A DNA stretch of 64,000 bases from a virus. Taxonomy: Duplodnaviria > Caudoviricetes. A program made the position numbers and the translations under genes. Shown here piece by piece: positions 55,981-63,513 of the stretch. The notes under the pieces were generated by a model, which was not told the origin of the DNA, made no database searches, and saw only the letters and a program-made list of their open reading frames with translations. The stretch lies in the IMG/VR virus record IMGVR_UViG_3300034061_006011; one strand, written 5' to 3'. Each line of letters opens with the position of its first letter. Position 1 is the first letter of the stretch.

Positions 55981-57021
55981 ATGCTCAATTATGAAAAGTG
56001 GAAGAAACTCAATGAGAGCTTTATGATGTCATCACCAATTGGTGGCATTACCCATAACAATGGGTTCCTTGCTTATAGTCCTCTCTCTGAAGCCGAAATG
56101 GACAGAGATGAAGATGAAGACATGGAAGATGAAGACATGGAAGACGAAGACATGGAAGACGAAGATATGGAAGATGAAGACATGGATGATGAAGATATGG
56201 AAGATGAAGATATGGAAGATGAAGATATGGATGATGAAGATATGGATGATGAAGATATGGATGATGAAGACATGGATGATGAAGACATGGATGATGAAGA
56301 TGATGGAGAAATGGAAATTCAAGATGATGCTGGAGAAATTGAAGAAATAGAAGATGGTGATGAATCAGAAGATTCTGATGACGGTGCTGTTCATCATCAT
56401 CACCACCACTACCATGGTCATAAGAATAAAGAAGCATATAGCGATGATGCAGATGAAGAAGCTGGCAATGAGATGATGTGCAAGCGTTGTGGTTCTTACA
56501 TGGCTAACGAAAATCATGATTGTGGCATTGATGAGTGGGCTGCTAGTGTTAAGTCTTTGATTAATCCAGTTATTTTACAGAAGCTTAATGGTAAGATTTT
56601 GACTGAAGCATCATTCAAGGGTGCTAAAATTGATATTAAAGATGGTGAAGTTGGTTCTGTTGGTGCTGTAAAGTCTAAATTAAAAACTTTCCTTGATGGT
56701 GTCGAAAGTCAAATTGACAGCATGACTGATAGACAAAGATATTCAATTCTTTCCAGTGTTGTTAACGCTTTGGTTACCGATGCTGAACTTCCTGACTTCT
56801 TGAAGTTTATCAAAATGGAAAAAAGTTCAATTGTGAAGAGTGACCCAAAAGAAACAGAAGAAAAAATGTATAAGGGTAGAGTCTCCAAGAAGAAAAGTGG
56901 TCCATGCAAGAAGTGTTCAACTAGCATGAAATTTATGCCAGCAAAATCAGGCAAGTATGCTGGCAAAAATATGCCAACAAAATCAGGCAAGTATGCTGGC
57001 AAAAAAATGAAAAAGAAATGA
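55981..57021 (+). CDS. Acidic-repeat protein with His tract and basic tail
   Basis: MLNYEKWKKLNES leader; (E/D)DEDM x13; HHHHHHYHGH; CKRC; duplicated MP.KSGKYAGK. Confidence 0.8.
   Translation: MLNYEKWKKLNESFMMSSPIGGITHNNGFLAYSPLSEAEMDRDEDEDMEDEDMEDEDMEDEDMEDEDMDDEDMEDEDMEDEDMDDEDMDDEDMDDEDMDDEDMDDEDDGEMEIQDDAGEIEEIEDGDESEDSDDGAVHHHHHHYHGHKNKEAYSDDADEEAGNEMMCKRCGSYMANENHDCGIDEWAASVKSLINPVILQKLNGKILTEASFKGAKIDIKDGEVGSVGAVKSKLKTFLDGVESQIDSMTDRQRYSILSSVVNALVTDAELPDFLKFIKMEKSSIVKSDPKETEEKMYKGRVSKKKSGPCKKCSTSMKFMPAKSGKYAGKNMPTKSGKYAGKKMKKK
56110..56304 (+). repeat. 15-bp coding tandem repeat x13
   Basis: GA(A/T)GA(T/C)GAAGA(C/T)ATG units encoding EDEDM/DDEDM. Confidence 0.9.
56935..57006 (+). 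repeat. 36-bp coding duplication
   Basis: ATGCCA(G/A)CAAAATCAGGCAAGTATGCTGGCAAAAA(T/A) twice. Confidence 0.85.
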
Positions 57022-57037
57022 GGTAGCACTTAACTAC

Positions 57038-57937
57038 TTAGCCTCCCATGCAGTTTGCATGGGAGGCTATTTTTTTTGCATCATTGATTTGCTGAACCAA
57101 ATCATTAGGCATAAAATTAAAAATAAAACCAAGAAGTCTATCAGCTTCAAATTTATTACAATTATTAATTGCATCTTTGATAATATTCACATCATAACCA
57201 AAACAATTATATGAAATCTTATCACCAATTGTAACAGTCCAGAATTTTTCCCAAATCTTTTCGATCATTTCATTGTAAACGAAATCAGTTAAAGAATAAA
57301 CCAATGCTGTATATTCTGGTTTGCCAATCCACCAAGAACTCAAAACTCTATATTCAATTCCATAATTCTTTGGTCTAAAAGATCCAGCTCTACCAAAAAC
57401 CTTCCTTCTATCAATTTGACTTAAATCATTGTCTATAGCAACAGACGTTAAACCTAAAAATAAATCAAGCATGTAAACAAACAAAGGTTTAATAATCGGA
57501 TCAAGCAGAATTTCATCTCCAACAGATCCAATGTGCAAATGTCCACCTGAAGTCCTTACAGAACTATTTTTAATAAAGTTTTTAGGTTCTGTGTTTATCA
57601 TCAACGTATATGCGTTGTATTCGTCGTCACAGCCACTTTCTTTTGCATTAGCATCTTGCAGCACACTTTGCTCAATGATAGCAGCAGCTGTCAAATCGAC
57701 CTTATAAGGAGATGCTAGTTTTTCTAACAGATAAACGCCGTTTGTGATATTTGTGATAAATTCTCGTGCATTATTGCATGGAGGAATATTAAATTCTGCT
57801 AAAATATTATCATAATATATTTTTATTTTTTGTTTTTTGTAAGGATTATCTTTGTCATGTGTAATATGCTTTGCAGCATTAATTACTTGATCAGAAGAAT
57901 TGCGTAGGAAACACTCTACATCTGATCCTATTTGCAC
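57038..57937 (-). CDS. phiEco32-like COOH-NH2 ligase (type 2 amidoligase)
   Basis: GTG start; IGSDVE, DNILAEFNI, GCD.EYNAY, RTSGGHLHIG, RR..FG.AG.FR.K.YG.EYRVLS. Confidence 0.88.
   Translation of the reverse strand: MQIGSDVECFLRNSSDQVINAAKHITHDKDNPYKKQKIKIYYDNILAEFNIPPCNNAREFITNITNGVYLLEKLASPYKVDLTAAAIIEQSVLQDANAKESGCDDEYNAYTLMINTEPKNFIKNSSVRTSGGHLHIGSVGDEILLDPIIKPLFVYMLDLFLGLTSVAIDNDLSQIDRRKVFGRAGSFRPKNYGIEYRVLSSWWIGKPEYTALVYSLTDFVYNEMIEKIWEKFWTVTIGDKISYNCFGYDVNIIKDAINNCNKFEADRLLGFIFNFMPNDLVQQINDAKKIASHANCMGG
57039..57069. terminator. Likely bidirectional terminator inside the 3' end of the amidoligase gene
   Basis: TAGCCTCCCATGCA-GTT-TGCATGGGAGGCTA followed by a T-run on +. Confidence 0.75.
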
Positions 57938-58011
57938 AACAAAATCCTCTGATGATAGATGATACTAATAAATTAGAATCATTGAATAATTAATTAAAGA
58001 AAATATAATTA

Positions 58012-58914
58012 CTAGTCATCATTTCCATATGTTTCTAAAAGCCAAGACAATGCTCTAGCATATTGTTTTGGATATAGATAATAATGGAATATTTTAATAA
58101 ATTCTTGTGCAATGCTTTCTGATCTAATAATTTGATTTGTTATTTGTTTCAACGCACTTGTTGCCCTTATTGCAGATTTTGTGACTTTCTCAGCTAATCT
58201 TTTTACAAACTCATCAGCATCAAAATCGTCTTCAGGCAAAAACAATTTATCCTCATGCTTCAACATACTGTTTCTGTTTTGATATGTTTTGTCACTTTTA
58301 AGATCTATATCTTTATACTTTTCAAGAAATTCTTCTAAATTAATTTTTTCCCAATTATTATCTCTTTCTGAAAATGAAATAATTTTATCTGGATTTAAAT
58401 TTCCAGTAAATAAAGCTTGATATTCAGAACTATCAAAAAGCACTTTAGTCATATAGGGATTATCACTAGATTTAACAAATTCAGGTTGGTTTTGATCATT
58501 TCTTATTTCGTTTTCAAATCTTTTTTTAGTTGCCAATCTTTCAACCTTGCTTCTAAATGTTGGCATATAAGAACCTTGTGTACCATATGATCCCTGTACC
58601 CAAACTGGTGGTTCTAGATCTTCGTATTTTGCAATAAATTCTACAACGCACCCATCAAGAGCAAAATCTCTAGCTGTTTTTTCTGATATTGTGACAAATA
58701 GTCCTTTAGGATTTGTGTTTGCTTCATAAGAATATTTCCTAGCGGGTCTTAACTGTCCTGAAATGCCATATCTAGCTGCAATTATTGCTTCTGTGACATT
58801 GTCAAACCCATGGAAAACTCTTACAGTGTCTCCTCTTTTCAAAGGTTCAAAATCACCTCGCATGTTGTCATATTTGTGCAAATGCTCGTTTAGCCAATCA
58901 TAAAATGTATTCAT
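58012..58914 (-). CDS. Putative virion-packaged ADP-ribosyltransferase-fold protein
   Basis: MNTFYDWLNE leader; VRVFHG / GLFVT.S...A..FA / VVEF / SEYQALF.G.L.P..I; TAAATA 5 nt upstream. Confidence 0.55.
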   Translation of the reverse strand: MNTFYDWLNEHLHKYDNMRGDFEPLKRGDTVRVFHGFDNVTEAIIAARYGISGQLRPARKYSYEANTNPKGLFVTISEKTARDFALDGCVVEFIAKYEDLEPPVWVQGSYGTQGSYMPTFRSKVERLATKKRFENEIRNDQNQPEFVKSSDNPYMTKVLFDSSEYQALFTGNLNPDKIISFSERDNNWEKINLEEFLEKYKDIDLKSDKTYQNRNSMLKHEDKLFLPEDDFDADEFVKRLAEKVTKSAIRATSALKQITNQIIRSESIAQEFIKIFHYYLYPKQYARALSWLLETYGNDD

Positions 58915-59035
58915 AATGCTATTTATGACTGCGTTTAATAATATTATCGTTCCAAGCATTTGTTTCTGAATAATTAATTAATTAGAAAAGGCTGGTTTTA
59001 ACTCTATATATTGTATAATTTGATTGGAAAAAATA

Positions 59036-59839
59036 ATGATAACAGCAAATGATATTGTTTTTGTTTTTAGTGGCAGTACAGGCAACTATGATCCTTTCGA
59101 AAGTTTGGGTGGCGATCCTTCTAACGTAGAAATTGCCGACATTTCTCAAAACCTGTTTAACTCTCTCACAGACTCACAACTTAAAACAGGGCTGGTAGAC
59201 TATCGTTGTTTTTATATATTTAATCAAAATGACACCGAAACTCTTTATGATGTATCAATTTACGTTCAAAACACCACTGCTACATCATGTTTGATTGGTG
59301 TTAACAAACAAAACGACACACAGAAGATAACGCTTAGTGGTCCTGCAACAGGTGGCAACTTAGTTCTTAGTTATGAAGATCAGACTTTTACAGTTGCCTT
59401 CTCTGTGAACATGACCACATTAGCAAATAATTTTGTTTCAGCATTGAATAATATTGGTTTGCTTGGTGTTACGGCAGTAGCAGAAGCAAACACAGGTTAC
59501 TACACAGTTACAATAGTATTTGAAGACGATTCAGGTTACAAGTACCATCCTTTACTTGAATTAGTAGACAACAATTTAACACCAGCTACTGATTTCTTTA
59601 TTAGTAAAACTCAAAATGGTTCACCTATAAATATTATTACTCCTAAAACAGCAACTGTTTTAATCAAACCAGAAAATATACAATTTGCTAGTTTTGCAGA
59701 AACACAACCATTAACTTTGGGAAGCTTAAGACCTTTTGAAGGATTTCCCGTTTGGTTGCAAAGAACTATAGAACCGGGAACATCTAAATCCGATAATCAA
59801 ACATTTACTTTCAAGATTGCAGGAAAGGTTATAACTTGA
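59036..59839 (+). CDS. Beta-rich virion structural protein (tail/baseplate)
   Basis: SLGG..S, DYRC.YI.N, central GG.F.L.Y..QT insert, PVWLQR. Confidence 0.6.
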   Translation: MITANDIVFVFSGSTGNYDPFESLGGDPSNVEIADISQNLFNSLTDSQLKTGLVDYRCFYIFNQNDTETLYDVSIYVQNTTATSCLIGVNKQNDTQKITLSGPATGGNLVLSYEDQTFTVAFSVNMTTLANNFVSALNNIGLLGVTAVAEANTGYYTVTIVFEDDSGYKYHPLLELVDNNLTPATDFFISKTQNGSPINIITPKTATVLIKPENIQFASFAETQPLTLGSLRPFEGFPVWLQRTIEPGTSKSDNQTFTFKIAGKVIT

Positions 59840-60126
59840 AAAATAAGAAATGTCCAAGTTGTAATATAGATTATTCATTTATAAGTGAAAAACATCGACT
59901 TGGATGTTCTTTTTGTTATTTCGCATTCAGAAAAGAAATGCTTTATGTTTTTGAGTACAAACAAGATAATAATTATAAACATGTTGGAAAAATTCCTAAG
60001 AAATACGATAATCCTGTTGTGTTGTTTGTAAATGATTTGATTGATGAAAAAATAAAAAATGAAAATGTTAAAAAAGATTTAAAAGACAAGATGCAGATAA
60101 ACGCAAGTATTGGAGAACAATTATGA
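59836..60126 (+). CDS. McsA-like zinc-finger protein
   Basis: CPSC...RLGCSFCYFAF...HVGKIPK matches the McsA second zinc cluster. Confidence 0.7.
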   Translation: MKNKKCPSCNIDYSFISEKHRLGCSFCYFAFRKEMLYVFEYKQDNNYKHVGKIPKKYDNPVVLFVNDLIDEKIKNENVKKDLKDKMQINASIGEQL

Positions 60127-60641
60127 AAAATTGGCATGGCATAATGAAAATTGAAGAGATAATTCACAGTGATGCGAATGGCAAAGAACTTTATAAAGAA
60201 GAAAATGTTTATAACATTTTACATGGTCAAGGAGAAGAAACAATACTTTCTGCTATTTTTGCAGGTGGTCCTAACAATAACGCATATATCCCTATTAACT
60301 ATTATCTTGGCTTAGACAATAGAGCAACTATAAGTGAAGGGCAAACTCTTGCAAGTCTTGTAGGAGAACCAAGCGGTAATGGTTATAGTAGACAGCCAGT
60401 AAGCTCAACTACTGGATTTACTATAATAAACAATGGTGGCGTGTATCAAGCTAGAAGTAATGTTGTAATTTTTGCAGCTGTAACTGGATCATGGGGTCCA
60501 GTTGTCAATATATTTTTAACAAATTCTAGTTCTGGAACAACTGGCAAGCTGTATAGCACAGCAGTTTTATCAGCACCAATTGTACTCAGTGCTGGAGAAA
60601 ATGTAAGCGCAAGATTTTCAATGGCTTTGAGAAACTGCTAA
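60123..60641 (+). CDS. Small virion structural protein (tail/baseplate)
   Basis: N..H.QGEE, EPSGNGY.RQ, F.A..G.WG.V. Confidence 0.6.
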   Translation: MKNWHGIMKIEEIIHSDANGKELYKEENVYNILHGQGEETILSAIFAGGPNNNAYIPINYYLGLDNRATISEGQTLASLVGEPSGNGYSRQPVSSTTGFTIINNGGVYQARSNVVIFAAVTGSWGPVVNIFLTNSSSGTTGKLYSTAVLSAPIVLSAGENVSARFSMALRNC

Positions 60642-61022
60642 TTCATCAACAAAAATATAATTTTTTTCTAAAACAGATTTATCTGTTATGCAAATAAAAT
60701 GCATTTCTTTTTTGCCTTTTATAATAAATTTTAATTTTTCTTTTCCACCATTTTCTTTATCTAAAATGTCATCAATATCGACATTTACTTTTTTTGGATT
60801 AAAATTTATATTGATGTGTTCAAGTTTATCAACAACTTCTGTTTTTTTTGAATTTGAATCAAGTTCATACAATGTGACATGTTCTTCTATGAATGAGAAT
60901 TCTATGTTAAATTTATCTTGATTTATTTCTGTGAGAAATCCTTCTGCCATAATTTTGTTGCCTATGTTAAGTTCGTTTCTTCCATTAGCGTCAACAAATA
61001 TTTGGTGATTATAAATCTTCAT
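60618..61022 (-). CDS. Hypothetical protein
   Basis: Preferred ATG at 61022 overlapping the upstream TGA (TGATG). Confidence 0.55.
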   Translation of the reverse strand: MKIYNHQIFVDANGRNELNIGNKIMAEGFLTEINQDKFNIEFSFIEEHVTLYELDSNSKKTEVVDKLEHININFNPKKVNVDIDDILDKENGGKEKLKFIIKGKKEMHFICITDKSVLEKNYIFVDELAVSQSH

Positions 61023-61777
61023 CACGCATTTCTTCCATAAGGACATATGTTTTGGAAATCACATCTTCTACAATGATTGCCAATATTTGGTCGTGCTTGG
61101 CTTTCATCTGTAGATTCTATTATGTTATAGTTTTCTCTTAAAAATTCAATAGCACTTTCCATTTGTTTTTCTGTATAATTTGTACAAACCAATTTTTTAT
61201 TTTCCAAATAATAAAGGCAACAAAAAACACTTTCTGGCTTTAAATTAAATTTCTTACAAATATAATAAGCATAAGTTCTAAGTTGCAAATCTTCTTTTAT
61301 AGTTGTGTTGTTCTTCTGATAGAATCCAGCTTTAGTTGTTTTATAATCAAGTATCATAGTTTTATCTTCTTTGAAGATAATTCTATCAACATATCCAAGC
61401 AAATATTTTTCATTTGGTGGCAACATGTCAAGCTTTATTTCATATTCAAGCAAACCTTCATACCCAATATTTGTTGTTATTTTTTCAATATTATCAAGAT
61501 GTATCGGAAGCTTATCTTTATATTCTTTGCTTAATTTTAAATTCTTGAATTCTTCTGTATGCAAACCTGTTAACAAATCAGATGCTATTTTTCTAATTGG
61601 CAATGTGCCTTTTTCTTTAACATAAATTTCTGCTGCTTTGTGTACAAGTTTACCATAAGCAAAGTAAGGTGGTTCTGGCTTTGTTGGTAATACTTCTAAA
61701 TGATATTTATAACGATACTTTACTTGACATTCTTCCCAAACACCAGATCTAGAAATTGATATATGTTTGATTTTCAA
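61022..61777 (-). CDS. Cas4/RecB-like PD-(D/E)XK exonuclease with Fe-S cysteines
   Basis: C near the N-terminus, G..VH, GYVDRI, LDYKT, QL..YA, CRRCDFQNIC. Confidence 0.85.
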   Translation of the reverse strand: MKIKHISISRSGVWEECQVKYRYKYHLEVLPTKPEPPYFAYGKLVHKAAEIYVKEKGTLPIRKIASDLLTGLHTEEFKNLKLSKEYKDKLPIHLDNIEKITTNIGYEGLLEYEIKLDMLPPNEKYLLGYVDRIIFKEDKTMILDYKTTKAGFYQKNNTTIKEDLQLRTYAYYICKKFNLKPESVFCCLYYLENKKLVCTNYTEKQMESAIEFLRENYNIIESTDESQARPNIGNHCRRCDFQNICPYGRNA

Positions 61778-61843
61778 CTTGCACCTTGACTTTTTATCTT
61801 ACTCCATTAATATAGCAAAACCAGCTGCTTTTGGAATAATATT

Positions 61844-62797
61844 ATGATTAATGATCAACTTTTTTTTAAATGGGCTGAGAAAAAATTTGGTCAACCACTT
61901 GTCAAAGGAGATCAGATAAGATTCAATTCTCCTTTCTGCGAAGACTCAAAACATCATCTTTATTGCAATATTAAAAAGTTTTGGAAAGGAGTTTTTAATT
62001 GTTTCAAAAGCAACAACAAAGGAACTGTCGTTGCTCTTGTAATGAAAGTAGAAGATTGTCAATTCAACAAAGCAATGCAAATACTAGGAATCACTGGAAA
62101 AGAAAGCTCTGATGAATTTTTCCAAGATGAAAATTCAATAGACTATGATTCGCTTAATAAGGAAGAATTTGAAACTATAAAAATGCCAGAAGGCGCTGTT
62201 AAAGTTAACTCTGCACCAAGATGGTGGAAAGATATGGCAAACAATTACTTGAACAACAGAAATATTAATAGTGATTTGTTTTTTGTTGGCATAGATGGCA
62301 GGATGAAATCAAGAATTGTAATCCCATATTATGACAGAAAAGGCAATTTGATTTATTACAATGGTAGAGCATTGTTTCAAAGCAAACTAAGATATCTTGG
62401 TCCTCATAAAGATGAATGTAATGTGGGCAAAGCAGATGTCATATTCTTTCGTAAGTGGAACGAAAATAATCAGAAAATTTATGTATGTGAAGGTGAATTT
62501 GATTCTATGTCTTTAACAGAAGCAAATATTATGTCATGTGCTGTTGGTGGCAAATACATTTCAGTAAAACAAGCCACTGTCTTAGCTAATAAAGAAATAT
62601 GCTTGGCTTTTGATAACGACGAAGCAGGAAAAAGTTCTGTAGAAAATTCTTTTAAATTATTAAAATCTTTTGGATGTCAAGTTACCAAGGTCTGTCCACC
62701 TTTAGATATCAAGGATTGGAATGAATTCCTTGTTAAATTTGACAAAAATATGTTGTATCAGTATATTAAATTAGCTGAAACTCAAATGGATGGTTAA
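61844..62797 (+). CDS. gp61: DNA primase (gp61/DnaG-like)
   Basis: SPFC..SKHH...C zinc region, YNGR, CEGEFD, FDNDEAG, KDWNE. Confidence 0.88.
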   Translation: MINDQLFFKWAEKKFGQPLVKGDQIRFNSPFCEDSKHHLYCNIKKFWKGVFNCFKSNNKGTVVALVMKVEDCQFNKAMQILGITGKESSDEFFQDENSIDYDSLNKEEFETIKMPEGAVKVNSAPRWWKDMANNYLNNRNINSDLFFVGIDGRMKSRIVIPYYDRKGNLIYYNGRALFQSKLRYLGPHKDECNVGKADVIFFRKWNENNQKIYVCEGEFDSMSLTEANIMSCAVGGKYISVKQATVLANKEICLAFDNDEAGKSSVENSFKLLKSFGCQVTKVCPPLDIKDWNEFLVKFDKNMLYQYIKLAETQMDG

Positions 62798-63101
62798 CAT
62801 GGATAACAGAACAACAATTACAAGATTACAACACTTTATTGGAAAACCATGTAGTTTTTTTACATCTTTGCATCAAAGAAATCTTAAAGATGAACAACAA
62901 ATTGTTTATTTTATAGGTTTCCCCACAGAAATTAATCAAGATGGAATTTTCTACAAATCCTATAAAGGAGAAAAAATGAATTTTATAAACATTAATCACC
63001 TTGTTTCTATTTGTGAGGAAGAACTAGTAGCTCAACCTCAACAAAAAGCACCAGATAATTTGAGTGATTTAGAAAGAATGATGTCTAAAAAATCTTCTTG
63101 A
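62790..63101 (+). CDS. Hypothetical protein (possible Sm-like fold)
   Basis: 103-aa ORF overlapping the primase stop. Confidence 0.55.
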   Translation: MVNMDNRTTITRLQHFIGKPCSFFTSLHQRNLKDEQQIVYFIGFPTEINQDGIFYKSYKGEKMNFININHLVSICEEELVAQPQQKAPDNLSDLERMMSKKSS

Positions 63102-63513
63102 GAGACATTAGCTTGCTGTCAAAATTGTGGAATTCACTTCCACTGTATTGCATGTTGATTTCCCTAAATTGAGTTTCTTCTAGTTCTGATGAAACATCAA
63201 AGTAAAAAAATCTATTTTTCTTTCCAAGTAAAATAAACTTGTGCATCAAAATATAAGCTGCACAACCTAGATCGTTTGTAAAACAATTGCTTTTAATTTC
63301 AAATGGATATTCATCAAGTTTCTTCAAACTCATTAAACATGAATCGAAATGATGAAATTCACTTGATAAATAACTTATTTTTAAATCTTCAAACTTTTTA
63401 TTTTCATCTGAAACAACTTCAAACAAAAAACTTTTATCTTTTTTATCACGCAGTTTGTATTCATGCATAACAAGATAAGCAGCAATTCCAATATCTCTAA
63501 TTTCTTTTAACAT
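63085..63513 (-). CDS. Internally duplicated small-domain protein (DUF5659-like x2)
   Basis: D(I/L)G.AAY..MH...F.F.V...SEFH.FDS.LMSLKK repeated twice. Confidence 0.75.
   Translation of the reverse strand: MLKEIRDIGIAAYLVMHEYKLRDKKDKSFLFEVVSDENKKFEDLKISYLSSEFHHFDSCLMSLKKLDEYPFEIKSNCFTNDLGCAAYILMHKFILLGKKNRFFYFDVSSELEETQFREINMQYSGSEFHNFDSKLMSLKKIF

Noticed and set aside
56110-56304. 15-bp tandem array as a CRISPR or other non-coding repeat
   Set aside because: There are no spacers, and variation is mostly at codon third positions of an in-frame EDEDM repeat, so it is coding
56032-56437. Overlapping ORFs such as FIIHVFIIH, MKIWMMK, HHPCL and SSSSI
   Set aside because: Alternative-frame shadows of the acidic repeat, with no RBS or promoter
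61022-61777. Cas4 as part of a CRISPR-Cas locus
   Set aside because: No array, cas1 or cas2 nearby; stand-alone Cas4/RecB-like nucleases are common in phages
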